Positions 1-14,404 of a DNA stretch of 64,000 bases are shown piece after piece. The stretch lies in NCBI RefSeq assembly GCF_016433145.1, contig NC_058132.1, forward strand, positions 85,070,210 through 85,134,209, in the 5' to 3' direction. Under the pieces are notes generated by a model. The model searched no databases, was not told where the DNA came from, and was given only the letters and a program-made list of their open reading frames with translations. This DNA comes from Gracilinanus agilis. Lineage: Eukaryota. Made by a program: the position numbers and the translations under genes. Within the stretch, counting starts at the first letter, position 1. Every line of letters starts with the position of its first letter.

Positions 1-43
1 CTCTCTCTCTCTCTCTCTCTTCCTCCCTCCCTCCCCCCCTCCT
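1..43. repeat. (CT)n / pyrimidine-rich simple repeat
   Basis: ctctctct...ccctccct read directly. Confidence 0.85.
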
Positions 44-264
44 TTAGGTATTCCTGAAGGTTTAAGAGGTTGTTTTTTTTTTACTAATGCTGTTAGATCA
101 AGCTTCCATTCTTATGTATTATTCCACTGTTAGCCATCAGTGACTAATGTCCCAATACCATTTAGCCAATTAACATCTAGAAGCTTTTCTCTCTACACTG
201 TAGAAACAAACTTTCTTTTGTATCACCTGAGTCTCTTGGAAGAATGGACTCATGAACTTTTCAG

Positions 265-505
265 TTTATGATAGTTAGCATTTATATAGCACTTTGAGGT
301 TTGCAAAATTTTTTACATATTTTCTCATTTGGTCTTTACAACAACTTTGTGAAACAAGTGTTAGTATTATCCCTATTTTACTGATGTGGAAACTAAGGCT
401 GAGAGGTTAAGTGACTTGCCCAAGGTCACACATTTGGGAAATGCTTAGGAAGGATTTAAACTCTAGTCTTTCTGACTCTAGGTCCAACATTCTGTCGACT
501 GGGAT
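265..505 (-). mobile_element. MIR/CORE-family SINE remnant
   Basis: CORE motifs gcatttatatagcactt, gaaactaaggctgagaggttaagtgacttgcccaaggtcacaca, ggatttaaactc. Similar remnants lie near 38760-39000, 51290-51900 and 60670-60930. Confidence 0.75.
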
Positions 506-871
506 GTCTAGCTTTTCTATATAGCATTGGTCTCACCAAGTTAACTTCAAAAAATGGCATAACTACTAATCCTTCTCTCAGTTCCTGCAAGGCTGAGTTC
601 CAAAGGCATCCCTTCGAACTTCAAACAACCCTCTTCACTCAAAATATACCAGGGACAATCTTGGGAAATTGTTTACTTAAACCATGTTTATGTACCCTCA
701 GTTCTGGATCCTCAATCAATTAGAAGATTCTTTATTACCAAAGTACCATCCCCTCAGTGACTCATGGCTGGAAGTATGTTCATCAAGCCTTCACATGTTG
801 GATTAAAGCCAGGCAGGGAATATTGTATATATTCTCTATAATCCACCAGGAAGAACAAATCTGCTTATGCT

Positions 872-1062
872 CTAAGGCAGCAGATCGAAACCACTTTGGT
901 GTCATGAACCCTCTTGGCACCCTGGTGAAGCCTATGGACTTTTTAGTAAAGTTTTTAAATGCAAAAAATAAACTATATAGGTTTTCAAAGGAAACCAATT
1001 ATAATGAAATATAGTTATCAGAAAAAATTTAAAGTTCATAAACCACAGGTTAAGAACCCTAA
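872..1062 (-). mobile_element. Ancient non-autonomous hAT (MER5-like) remnant; related copies at about 52733-52930 and 56312-56500 (+)
   Basis: Shared core (gataact..tttcaatat..tggtttcctttgtaat..ttttatt..catttaaaaac) and ggttaagaaccc terminus, compared by eye. Family name from memory. Confidence 0.55.
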
Positions 1063-1798
1063 TTCTTAGAATTAGACCTCTTCACCAACCAGTCTCCTCT
1101 CTACACATCGATATATAGAGAACCCAAAGCTCAGAGACATTAAGAGACTTTCACAATCTCACACAGGAAACTGTAGAACGAGGATAAGGACCCAGGTTTT
1201 ATATAGCTTCATATGCAGCATACTTTCTACTGTATCTGCAAATAACTAAATGTGAAAAGGATCTTCCTGACACACTGTAAGTAGGTTAGGAGGGTGGAGC
1301 TGTGTTTCCAGTTTTAACTCCACTTGAAAGACAGCTGTTTGGGATTAGGAATATCAGTTGTGGCCATAGATAAGAGCAGAATTAACTGGTCTACATGCTC
1401 TTTGAAAACATGACCTTAACTGCAGAATCATCATGTGCTTAAAGCCACGTATATCCATCACCATGTTCCAGTGATTTAGAGTCCATTCCTCAGATTCAGC
1501 GATTGCAATTTGGAAGATTCTAATTAAAAAACAAAAGTGCTGCCTTAGTCAATATACTGAAGTTTCAAAAGCCAGAAGAAATATTTTCTGAAAAATTTCC
1601 TGTATATGATGCTTTAGTTACAATGACTATCATTTGTTGCTCCTCATATCCCAATCAGGTGTTCAGATTTTTTCAACGTTATGATATCCCTACAACTTAA
1701 TGTTACAAAACAAAATTCTAAGAAAACAGTAAACTGTTAGGCTGAAAGTATCTTTTTAAAATGTCTAAAATTCTTCTGAAAGTAATTTTATATACTGA

Positions 1799-1915
<117 letters not shown>

Positions 1916-2204
1916 TGAACTGTGTTTTAGCCAGAGCCAGGGAAGGTTTGCTCAGTCATTAGTTCTGGGAGCATTCAGAATAAGAGGCATCTGGGGAGGG
2001 GATCTCTGGCAAAATGCACTCAACTAGAAACTCCTAGAGAGGAGAATCACTTTCTGACCCAAGTAGCACCTGAATTTTCTGAAGAAAACTTGGCCAGCCT
2101 GCTTATTTAGGAGTTCTAAACTCTTTAAGTGTATTCAAAAGGCTTATGTATTGCATCATCACGTTGGGTATTCCTGCTGAGAATGCTTATGATTTGGGCA
2201 TTTT

Positions 2205-5200
2205 TGTTCAACAAGTTAATTTATTCAGCAAACATTTATGAAGTCCCTCCTATGTATAAAGCTCTTTAAGATAAACATTAAATCAGTTCCTACAAAGATT
2301 AAATGAGACACAGTCCCAACCCTCAAGTTACAGAGTGAACTCAGGGGAGATAAGTCCTATAGATGGATAATTTTATACAAATCAAAATACATCAATTGCA
2401 TAAAAAGGAATTCAAAGCCTAGATGATGGCAGGATCACTTCAGCTGGGGAGGTAAGGGGAGGCAATTAGGCAACAAGTATTTATTATGTACCTACTATTC
2501 CTGGTAATGTTATATATTAGAGAAAAAAAGACTACAAGACAAAAGGGAAATTCAATCAGTCAATAAACATTTATTAAGCACCCACTACTAGGCACCAGAT
2601 ACTGTTACAATTGCTAAGGATGCAGAAAAAAAAAAAGGCAAGAGAGTCCCTGCTTTCAAGAAGGAGCTCAGACTCTAATGGAGGAGACAGCATACAAAAA
2701 ACTCTGTGTATATGAGCTATGTGCAGGGAAAATGGAAAATAATAGAGGAAAAGCATTAGATTTAAGGGAGTTTGGAAAGTATTCTTCGATAAGGTGGAAT
2801 TTTAGCTGAGACTTGAAGGAAGCCATGGAAAATAAGAGACATAAATGCAGAAAATGTCTCAGAAATGGGAGACAGCAAGAGAAAATGCCTAGAGTTTAAA
2901 GGAAGAGTGTCATGGTTCAGGAATATTAAGGAGGCTGTTATCAATGATTGGAAGAATACATTGCAGGATGTAAGTTGTAATAAGACTAGAAAGGTATGTG
3001 GGTGGCATAGGCGGAGGGGAACAGAGATAATGAAAAACTTTGAATAAAAAAATAAGTTTTATAACTGATATTGGAAAAGAGAAAGAGCCAGTGGAGTTTT
3101 TTGAGTAGGGAGGTGATATGATCAGACCTATGCTTTAGAAAGATTCCTTTTAACATTGAGTGGAGGAGAGTCTTGTGACAGGGAAACTAAGCAAAAGACT
3201 ATTGCAGCAGTCCAGGCTTGAAGTGATGAAGGCCTGCATTAGGATGGTTGCAATGTCAGAAGAAAGAAGAGAGTGCTTCAAGGGGTGCTACAAAGATAGA
3301 AATGGCAGCAGATTTAGACGCTGGAAGTGAGAGTGACTAGGTTACGAACCTCGGTGACTGGGAAGATGATGATACTCTCAATAGAATTAGAGAAGTTAGA
3401 AAATAATGAGTTGATATTTGGACATATTGATATTTGTTTAAAATATCTGTGAGACATCCAATCTGAGATGCCTGATAAGTAGTTGGAGATGGGGCCTGGA
3501 AGTCAACAGAGTGGTTAAGACTTGATTAGTAATTTGAGATTCATCATCATAGAAATGATAATTGAATCCATGGAAACCAATGAGATCACCAAGTGAAATA
3601 GAAGCTAGCAGGATACTTATAGGTCACTGGGCATGACAGGAACAAAGATCCAACTAAGGAGACTGAAAAGAAACAGATAATTAGGAGAAGCAGAAGAGAG
3701 TTTTGTCCCAAAAACGTAGAGAGAAGATAGTATCTAGGAGAATAGGTGATTAATAATGGCAAAGGCTATATAGGTCATAAAGGTTTTAAAAGTATTAATT
3801 TGAAATTATTGGTAACTCTGGAGAGAGCAATTTCAGTTGAATAGTGAAATCAGAAGCCAGACAGTAGAGAACTGAAACAAAGAAAGAGGAAAAGGAGCAG
3901 AGAAATCTATTACAGATGGCTTTTTCAGGGAGATTAGCCACAAAAAAGAGGAGAGATATGGCACAATAGCTAGTTGTGTGGATAGATCAAAGGAGGCTTT
4001 TTTGATGATTGAGGAGACATGATAGTGTTTATAACTAGTAGAGAAGCAGGCAGAAGTCAGGAAGAGATTGAAGATAAGAGGGAGTATGGATATAGAGGAA
4101 GAAATCTTAGACAAAACAGCCAGGCATAAGATCATTTGTATATGAGAGGGGTCTGCCTTGGCAAGGAGAAAGTCTTCTTCATTATATGAGACAAGGGCAA
4201 AGGAGAACCTAGTGGTAGAAGTTATCTGGATAAAATGAGATGAGGCAGGGAAAACAAGGAACTCTAGGCAAATGGCCTCAATTTTTTTCAGTAAATTATG
4301 AGGCTAAGGTTCTTAGCTGTGAGAGTTGGGGCAAGAAGAGCCATGGGAAATTTAAATGAAGATGAAGAGTTTTAAGAGAGCTATTGTGGGGAGTGGGATA
4401 GTAATATAACAATAATAGCTAAAAGTTTTATAGTGTTTACTATGTGCCAGACATTGTTTTAAGCGCTTTACAAATATTATTTTATTCGATCCTCACAACA
4501 ATCCTAGAAGGTCGGTGCTATTATTATATACCTCACATAACAGATTAGGAAACTGAGGTTGAATGTATACTCTTATGCCAATAGGGGACTGCCCCAAATT
4601 GGCTTTTTGTCAATGGGGCTAGCTTTTATCTTCTTTTCTTTTGGTTTAAGATCCACCGAAAAAGACCAGTCTTTTTCACTGGATCTCAGGGGGGTAATTG
4701 TTAGTTAAAATCACTTGGGGGTCTATTTGGAAATATTGAACCTCAAGATATGTAGTGTTTGACAAACTTCCTGTGGACATGTGGGGGACTTTGAGACTAC
4801 ATTTTCCATGATCCAATGGGTTTCTGGTTTTCTGACGAGATGACGTCAGAGAACGGGAACCAACGTATAGGGCAGCTTAAATTCGGAGGTCAGCTTGAGA
4901 TGATCTCTTTTTTGGCTACATAGACAAGACGGGCACTGGTGGTATTTTTTGAATAGCTTTTACCAGGCGTGTGGTCTTACATATGTTTTTTTTTTATCAA
5001 CATGGCCATGGCTTTAATTAAACTATTAATTTCTCTTATAATATCAGCCTTTATCATTTTTAATCGTTACACAGATTAAGGGATTTGCCCAGGGTGACTG
5101 AGCTACTATCTGATCGGGATTTGAACTCAGATCTTCCTGACTAGGCCCAGCACTCTATTTCTTATGCTTATGCTGCTTCTCTGTCTAGCTGCCTCCAATA

Positions 5201-6350
5201 TGGGTTGACAAGGGATCTGTAGAAGGATTGCCTAGTATAGGTGAGGGCCAGTTGAAGTTAGGTAGCATAATTTGTAGTCAGCATAGTTTTATGATTCATT
5301 CACATGTGTTCATTCACCATCACATATATCAGAGGGAAGGCAATAGATCCAAGGCTAAAGGTTTGATGGGGCAAGATCACACATAAGAGAAAAGGAAAAT
5401 GTAGAATTGAACTGCAGGTTGAGTTAAAGAGAAGAGGGTGTAGCTAGTGTAGGAGTAGTGACCTGGGAGAGAACTGAAAGGAAGGGATTGGAGGTCATTA
5501 TGTGAACAAAAGACAGAGTTTGGGGTTGCAAGATAGAGAGAGAAATAGAACCACTATACTTTGTGATCAGATAAAGAAACTTCAGAGTTCCTGAACATGG
5601 AAGTGGTTGGATTATTTGTGGGTAACCATAAGATCAAAGGCATGACTATCTTTTACTTAGCTTAGATTGGGTGGAAGAGTAGGTTGTGGGAAGTGAGTAA
5701 GTTGAGGAACTGTGAAGTTAGAGTGTTTGAAGGAGTGTTAGTATATATGTTCAAGTCTCCTAGAATGAGGACAGGAGCTACAAAGGAAAACCTGTAAACA
5801 AGTCACTGATCTCATTGAAGAAAAAAATGGGAGTATCCCGGGGCTTGTTAAACCACAGCTACTGGGATTTCAATTAGGTGGTATATATGGATTGAATAAT
5901 CCTCAAAGGATGACTAAATGGTGATGGTAAAAAAAGAACTTAAAATGTCAAAAAGGAATATTGTCACTCCCCTCCTTGACCAGTTAGTAGGGGGAATGAG
6001 TGAAATATTTTCTATAAATTAATTTTTTAAAAGGCAAACAGAGGTTAAATGACTAATCAGTGCTAGAAAGGGAGGCCAGGGAAGTTATGTCATCAGTAGG
6101 GAGCCAGGTCACAGTGAGAGCCAGAAGACGGAAGAAATGGGAAAAGATTTAAGATGAAAGCAAGTGTGTTGCCTATGGAACAGGCATTCCAGAGAACACA
6201 GTGGAAGGTGGGTAGCTTTAGAGTGGAACATGGGGGTAGGGGGGATGGATTGAGGGGAATGGGAATAAAGAATGGGAATTTATAGTCTAGCCCCAGTAGA
6301 AAACATGGATGTATATACAAATTTCAGGAAAGGTAGTAATAACTAGAGGA
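2205..6350 (-). mobile_element. Long, highly degraded L2 LINE (ORF2 region), interrupted by SINE and LTR insertions
   Basis: L2 3' end signature (aataaacatttattaagcacccactac) at about 2560. Purine-rich body on +. The minus-strand translation at 6093-6320 (CVLWNACSIGNTLAFILNLF) resembles the start of the L2 endonuclease. Confidence 0.7.
4560..5071 (+). mobile_element. ERV-derived insertion: shared upstream module (4560-4685), PPT-like tract (4686-4698) and LTR core (4699-5071, TG...TTACA), nested in a MIR-type SINE
   Basis: SINE text gaaactgaggt| resumes as |cagattaagggatttgcccagggt. The core carries actacattttccatgatcc and the U5 end ttaattaaac...ttttaatcgttaca. Confidence 0.75.
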
Positions 6351-8480
6351 ATTAGGAAAAAAACTTCATGTAGAAAAAGTAGTTCCTTAAACTAAGCCTT
6401 CAAGAAAACTGGAGAATAAGATAACAGTGTTAACATTCTAGGCTTGGGAGACAATTAGTGGAAATCCAGAGATAGGAGACAAATTCCATGTGTGAAGAAT
6501 AGTAGAGAGGCCAAAGAAAAATGTGTAATAAGACTGGAAGGTATGTTTGTGTTGTTATTAAAGATTTTAAATACTAGCAGATGAATTTATGTTTGATACA
6601 AGAGGGAATAAAGAGGCACTGGAGGTTTTTGAGTAATGAAATGATATGAAATGGCATTGGCAGGCCTGCATTTTAGGAAAATCACTTATATAAAGTGGGG
6701 AGAGACTCATAGAGCACCAATTGGGAAGCTGCTTTGCTATTCCAGACAGCAAGTCATACTGGACTAATTTCATGTTCTTTTTACCTTGTCAGGGAAATGC
6801 TATATATCAGAAGATGAAAAACTATAGTAGAGGGCCAAATCCACCCCACCAACTGTTTTTGAATGGGCCAGCAGAACTAAGTATGGTTTTTACATTTCAA
6901 TACAATAAAACTGTTTAAATAAAATAAAACTTTATGTAAAAACCATTCTTAGCTTACAGACTACAAAAATAGGATTGACACAGGCTGTAACTTGCCAATC
7001 CCTGCTTTATATAGTATATTCCCAAGGCATCTGGCAAATCTCTTATACTATCCTTTAGGACAGGATGGAAAGTAGATTTGGGATTGCTGAATAGCTGAAC
7101 CCAAAGAGTAGTTGCTAATAGATCACCATTAGCTCAGAAGTAAATCTCTAGTGGAGAGTTACACAAATCTGGCTTTTGCCCTATGTTCTTCTAACATTTT
7201 TATCAATTATTTGCATGAAGGAATACATAAGGTATTTCAGGCTTTTAGATAAGTCAATAAGCCTTTATTAAGTGTTGATTATGTGATAGGTGCTAATGAT
7301 TCAAAGATGAGCAAAAAAAAAGGCCTTTTAAGCAACTTACTGCCTAGCCAGGGAAGACAACTTAAACACCTATAGGTATATACAAAATAGGTAAAAGTGA
7401 TTTTTCTTTTGAGATAGAGGTAGGTACAAGTTTGGTGGATCAGAAAAGAGTTCATGTGAAAACGTAGTGCTTCAAATGAAAGAGCCTTGAAAGAAACTGA
7501 GGATTCTGAGAAAGGACATGAGGCCCACTTCCCATCCCACTTGCATCCACACATAGGAGACAACCAGTGCCAAAACACAGAGATAGAAAATGGAGGACCA
7601 GCAAAGCCAGTTCTGTTGAACTATAATGTTCTTTTAACGGAATAATGTACAAGAAGTCTGGAAAAGTAAGTTAGAACCAGATAGGGAAGGTTTTAAATGC
7701 CAAACAAAATAATTTATACTTGATCTAAGTGACATAAAGCTAGAAGGAATAAATAACACATTGGATAACATCATCAGAATAGAAAATTACCCTGACAGGA
7801 GAGAATGATGAACCAAGTTGAATGAATTAATTTGCTAGGGATAAAGGTCAGGTCATTATACTTGAAAACAGTATCAACTGTATAAGTTTGGGAAGTTGTA
7901 ACAAAACAATATTTATTCTAAAAATCTTGGAGTTTTATTGAATTACAGGGTCTATATGCATCATAGCAGAATTACATGAAGTCATAAAGTTCATATCATC
8001 TGATGGTATTAATAAGGGGAGAGGTTCAAAACAAGGGAGGAAAACCCTTCTCTGTTCTACTTTTTGTCATACCCTGGGTTCATCTTTGGGTGTTTTTTTT
8101 TTTTTAAGAAAGGCATTAGTAAGCTGGAGTGTGTCCAGATGATGATGATTAGGAAGATTAAAGGATTAGATAACAGGTTATATGAGGATTAGTTAAAAAT
8201 GATAATATTTTTAACCTGGAGAAGAAAAGACTTGAGGAACTTGAGTTTTATATATATATATACATATATATATATAATATATATATATATAATATATATA
8301 TAATAAAGTATTTAAAGTACTTGAAAGTAAAAGAAGCGATGCCCATTCTGATGGATTCTGAAGGCAGAACTAGAGGCAATGGGACAAAGGTACACAGAAC
8401 CAGATTTTAATTTGCTATTAGGAAAGAGTTCTTAAGAATTCCAACTATCCTAAAGTGAAATAGGTTAATATGAGGTAGTG
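6181..8480 (+). repeat. Copy 1 of a 2300-bp direct duplication flanking an assembly gap
   Basis: Matches 9169-11468 at constant offset 2988. ORF track entries recur identically (6567/9555, 6721/9709, 7279/10267, 7452/10440). Confidence 0.95.
6820..7005 (+). mobile_element. MER58-like hAT-Charlie MITE remnant (duplicated at 9808-9993)
   Basis: gggccaaatcc...ctgtttttg..gggcc..gaactaagtatggtttttacattt...aacttgccaatccctg resembles MER58A as recalled. Confidence 0.55.
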
Positions 8481-9168
8481 NNNNNNNNNNNNNNNNNNNN
8501 NNNNNNNNNNNNNNNNNNNNNNNNNNNNNNNNNNNNNNNNNNNNNNNNNNNNNNNNNNNNNNNNNNNNNNNNNNNNNNNNNNNNNNNNNNNNNNNNNNNN
8601 NNNNNNNNNNNNNNNNNNNNNNNNNNNNNNNNNNNNNNNNNNNNNNNNNNNNNNNNNNNNNNNNNNNNNNNNNNNNNNNNNNNNNNNNNNNNNNNNNNNN
8701 NNNNNNNNNNNNNNNNNNNNNNNNNNNNNNNNNNNNNNNNNNNNNNNNNNNNNNNNNNNNNNNNNNNNNNNNNNNNNNNNNNNNNNNNNNNNNNNNNNNN
8801 NNNNNNNNNNNNNNNNNNNNNNNNNNNNNNNNNNNNNNNNNNNNNNNNNNNNNNNNNNNNNNNNNNNNNNNNNNNNNNNNNNNNNNNNNNNNNNNNNNNN
8901 NNNNNNNNNNNNNNNNNNNNNNNNNNNNNNNNNNNNNNNNNNNNNNNNNNNNNNNNNNNNNNNNNNNNNNNNNNNNNNNNNNNNNNNNNNNNNNNNNNNN
9001 NNNNNNNNNNNNNNNNNNNNNNNNNNNNNNNNNNNNNNNNNNNNNNNNNNNNNNNNNNNNNNNNNNNNNNNNNNNNNNNNNNNNNNNNNNNNNNNNNNNN
9101 NNNNNNNNNNNNNNNNNNNNNNNNNNNNNNNNNNNNNNNNNNNNNNNNNNNNNNNNNNNNNNNNNNNN
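8481..9168. other. Assembly gap (688 N)
   Basis: Run of n. Confidence 1.
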
Positions 9169-11468
9169 CAGGCATTCCAGAGAACACAGTGGAAGGTGGG
9201 TAGCTTTAGAGTGGAACATGGGGGTAGGGGGGATGGATTGAGGGGAATGGGAATAAAGAATGGGAATTTATAGTCTAGCCCCAGTAGAAAACATGGATGT
9301 ATATACAAATTTCAGGAAAGGTAGTAATAACTAGAGGAATTAGGAAAAAAACTTCATGTAGAAAAAGTAGTTCCTTAAACTAAGCCTTCAAGAAAACTGG
9401 AGAATAAGATAACAGTGTTAACATTCTAGGCTTGGGAGACAATTAGTGGAAATCCAGAGATAGGAGACAAATTCCATGTGTGAAGAATAGTAGAGAGGCC
9501 AAAGAAAAATGTGTAATAAGACTGGAAGGTATGTTTGTGTTGTTATTAAAGATTTTAAATACTAGCAGATGAATTTATGTTTGATACAAGAGGGAATAAA
9601 GAGGCACTGGAGGTTTTTGAGTAATGAAATGATATGAAATGGCATTGGCAGGCCTGCATTTTAGGAAAATCACTTATATAAAGTGGGGAGAGACTCATAG
9701 AGCACCAATTGGGAAGCTGCTTTGCTATTCCAGACAGCAAGTCATACTGGACTAATTTCATGTTCTTTTTACCTTGTCAGGGAAATGCTATATATCAGAA
9801 GATGAAAAACTATAGTAGAGGGCCAAATCCACCCCACCAACTGTTTTTGAATGGGCCAGCAGAACTAAGTATGGTTTTTACATTTCAATACAATAAAACT
9901 GTTTAAATAAAATAAAACTTTATGTAAAAACCATTCTTAGCTTACAGACTACAAAAATAGGATTGACACAGGCTGTAACTTGCCAATCCCTGCTTTATAT
10001 AGTATATTCCCAAGGCATCTGGCAAATCTCTTATACTATCCTTTAGGACAGGATGGAAAGTAGATTTGGGATTGCTGAATAGCTGAACCCAAAGAGTAGT
10101 TGCTAATAGATCACCATTAGCTCAGAAGTAAATCTCTAGTGGAGAGTTACACAAATCTGGCTTTTGCCCTATGTTCTTCTAACATTTTTATCAATTATTT
10201 GCATGAAGGAATACATAAGGTATTTCAGGCTTTTAGATAAGTCAATAAGCCTTTATTAAGTGTTGATTATGTGATAGGTGCTAATGATTCAAAGATGAGC
10301 AAAAAAAAAGGCCTTTTAAGCAACTTACTGCCTAGCCAGGGAAGACAACTTAAACACCTATAGGTATATACAAAATAGGTAAAAGTGATTTTTCTTTTGA
10401 GATAGAGGTAGGTACAAGTTTGGTGGATCAGAAAAGAGTTCATGTGAAAACGTAGTGCTTCAAATGAAAGAGCCTTGAAAGAAACTGAGGATTCTGAGAA
10501 AGGACATGAGGCCCACTTCCCATCCCACTTGCATCCACACATAGGAGACAACCAGTGCCAAAACACAGAGATAGAAAATGGAGGACCAGCAAAGCCAGTT
10601 CTGTTGAACTATAATGTTCTTTTAACGGAATAATGTACAAGAAGTCTGGAAAAGTAAGTTAGAACCAGATAGGGAAGGTTTTAAATGCCAAACAAAATAA
10701 TTTATACTTGATCTAAGTGACATAAAGCTAGAAGGAATAAATAACACATTGGATAACATCATCAGAATAGAAAATTACCCTGACAGGAGAGAATGATGAA
10801 CCAAGTTGAATGAATTAATTTGCTAGGGATAAAGGTCAGGTCATTATACTTGAAAACAGTATCAACTGTATAAGTTTGGGAAGTTGTAACAAAACAATAT
10901 TTATTCTAAAAATCTTGGAGTTTTATTGAATTACAGGGTCTATATGCATCATAGCAGAATTACATGAAGTCATAAAGTTCATATCATCTGATGGTATTAA
11001 TAAGGGGAGAGGTTCAAAACAAGGGAGGAAAACCCTTCTCTGTTCTACTTTTTGTCATACCCTGGGTTCATCTTTGGGTGTTTTTTTTTTTTTAAGAAAG
11101 GCATTAGTAAGCTGGAGTGTGTCCAGATGATGATGATTAGGAAGATTAAAGGATTAGATAACAGGTTATATGAGGATTAGTTAAAAATGATAATATTTTT
11201 AACCTGGAGAAGAAAAGACTTGAGGAACTTGAGTTTTATATATATATATACATATATATATATAATATATATATATATAATATATATATAATAAAGTATT
11301 TAAAGTACTTGAAAGTAAAAGAAGCGATGCCCATTCTGATGGATTCTGAAGGCAGAACTAGAGGCAATGGGACAAAGGTACACAGAACCAGATTTTAATT
11401 TGCTATTAGGAAAGAGTTCTTAAGAATTCCAACTATCCTAAAGTGAAATAGGTTAATATGAGGTAGTG
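9169..11468 (+). repeat. Copy 2 of the 2300-bp direct duplication
   Basis: Begins caggcattccagagaac like 6181 and ends aatatgaggtagtg like 8480. Confidence 0.95.
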
Positions 11469-11605
11469 GATACCCCCTCCTTTGGAGGTCTTGAAGCAGA
11501 GACCAGATGACCACTTGGCAGGAATATTGTAATGGGATATCCTATTCAGGTATAATTTGGACTAGTTAAATTTAGGTCACTTTCGGTTCTGAGATTCTAT
11601 GTTAC
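9998..11605 (+). mobile_element. L3/CR1 LINE 3' fragment with internal L2 and (TA)n insertions (partly duplicated at 7010-8480)
   Basis: CR1-type text (ggagtgtgtccagatgatgatgattagg, ttggaggtcttgaagcagagaccagatgaccac) and a CR1 3' end ggttctgagattctatg. Confidence 0.65.
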
Positions 11606-11644
11606 ATTAATTGTAATGAGGAGATTCACTAGCTTTGTCTCTAG

Positions 11645-11866
<222 letters not shown>

Positions 11867-13633
11867 TGAGATATCCTTGAGAGTTTAACTTGAATGAAGA
11901 GTTTTTATGTAGAGTTTTCCAATAGACCTTAGAATCCAAACCCTGCCTATTCAGTATAAACCTTTAAACATTAGCTATTCCATAATCACCACTCTCCCTA
12001 CATAATTACTTGTTTGCAAGAGTTAGATGCATTTCATCAAGTGAATCTCTCTGATGCAAGTACCAATGAAGTAAAAACCTATGGAGACAAACTGATTATT
12101 TTGCCTTTTCTTTAGATTCCATAGGGCCAACGATTGGGGTGGGGCAGAAAACCCTAACTGATGAATTGCTTTGTTTAAATTCCCATTCCACATGGGTGAG
12201 TGGGCAGATAGGATCATAGCTTGACCTAAATTTAAAGGAGTGTAGTCCAAGGAAGCCCAACCTTCCCCTCCCAAGAATCACCAAACATGCTGCCAGTTGA
12301 TCGTTAGTTCCCAACTTCTGAATGCTGACTAATTTTGGCCATAACTTAAATGTAATTTTCTTCTGAAACTAAGCTTGGCAGAAGAAAACTGATTATGTTA
12401 CCTGTCAGCAGGAACAATGAGTGCCAGAAAAATGACTGTGTTGGCATATATACTTTGTATTCCCTTTTATCTGGGTTCACTTCTTCTTTTCCCAGTTCTC
12501 AGATCCATTAGATTCTATCTGATTTTCCCATGTATTCTAGATGATTTATACAAAGATAGATCTAATGAGTCAAGGATTATATCTCTTGAAAATGGCACCT
12601 GATACAGGGACAGTTGTCTCCAAACTGACCTAACTACTCATAATTCATTGTGAATCAACCTTATATGACTTAACTAAGGTTTCCTTTACTCTGTATTTGC
12701 TATTTGTCCCTCCTCTTGAAGAAGAGGATTAATTATACTCCTAGAGATAGTGCCCATAGTAGATCAAAGTGCAAGACATACAGTCATGACATCCTGAGTG
12801 AGGGCTCAAAGAGAGCAGACTCTGTGTTCTATGGATGCTCTATATGGGGAAGGTAGGAGAAGGCCAGTGGCCTTAATTACCTGTTCTTATTTATCTGCTT
12901 ATGCCACTAATGGATTATGGGAGATCGATTTTTAATGCTCATCTGGCTTTCCTATGCTAACTTGCATCTTCTAGGATCCTTCCCATAAGCCTTCTCCCAG
13001 GATGTCATTAGGAAAGAAAATCTGCTAACAGCAATTATGCAGTGCATTCCAAAGGCACAGAAAAGGTACTTCTAAATTAGCAACTATTATATAATCTATA
13101 GTACAATCCAGGACTATCAATGAAAATATATAATGCAAGAACTATTTCATAAACATAACCCCGAGCCAGGTAGTAATACTTACCATTAGTACTTCCTACT
13201 TCTTTAATATGGCCTCCCAGAGAAAGTGCATTCCCCTTTACTTAAGGATTTTAAGTAAAGGTTAGTTGACCATTTGTCAGATATAATTTAGAGGGAATTC
13301 TTTTTTCATGTATATCTTTGACTAGATACCCTCTTGAAAGCCTTTCCAATTCTAAAATTCTGTCTATAAATGATTTTATTGGTGTGGGAATTTCCTTCAC
13401 TTCTGTAGATAACAAATATCACAGGTCAGGCAGTAAGATTCACCATGTCCTTGGCCAAATGACTGCAAAGGCCTAACCATGTGATCCACTTGTGGAAAAA
13501 GAATATTAAAGCAAATACTTGGTGAAGATCTTTGATAACAAGGATCAGAGAAAATAGTATGATATGTAATGAGTTTGGGGAAATGGATTACACATGTTAA
13601 AGTGAATACTGTGGTCTTGTTTGAAGGCAATAA

Positions 13634-13954
<321 letters not shown>

Positions 13955-14404
13955 TGACTATAAAATATTTAAGAGCTAGAGGCAAAGGGGGATGATATAC
14001 GTTCAGAACTTGGAGGGAGAGTCCAGGTTCCAAGCATTATCTTGTTCCAATTCAGTATGAATAGCAGAGATTATCATTTCATTCTCTCAAGATGTTCCCA
14101 TATGCTAGACAAGTGAGAAGTGTTCAGAACATATCCAGGGACAGGGTGGGGGCTGAGGAATCATCCTTTGAGGTGGCTCTGTCTCTCTGATTGCCTTATG
14201 AAGGTAAGTTTTTCCTTGAGGTGTTTGTTATACTAAAGGCATGTATCTGATCCAAGTGAATCAGTGTCCCATTTGATATACCTTCTCATCTGACCTGTAT
14301 GTGTCCATTTTGTCCCTTACATCTTCTTGAAAGCTTCTATTCAGTGTTATAGATGTCTTCCTTTTAATATTTTGTAGGGACCAGTACATTGCAAGGCTTG
14401 GACT

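Noticed and set aside
8407-9308. Long ORFs of 240-287 aa in the track
   Set aside because: They run through the 688-N gap and are artefacts. The same applies to the ORFs at 50910-51236.
6181-11468. Functional tandem duplication or repeat array
   Set aside because: Purely intronic, ends exactly at the gap edges and shows no divergence where checked. Treated as a likely artefact.
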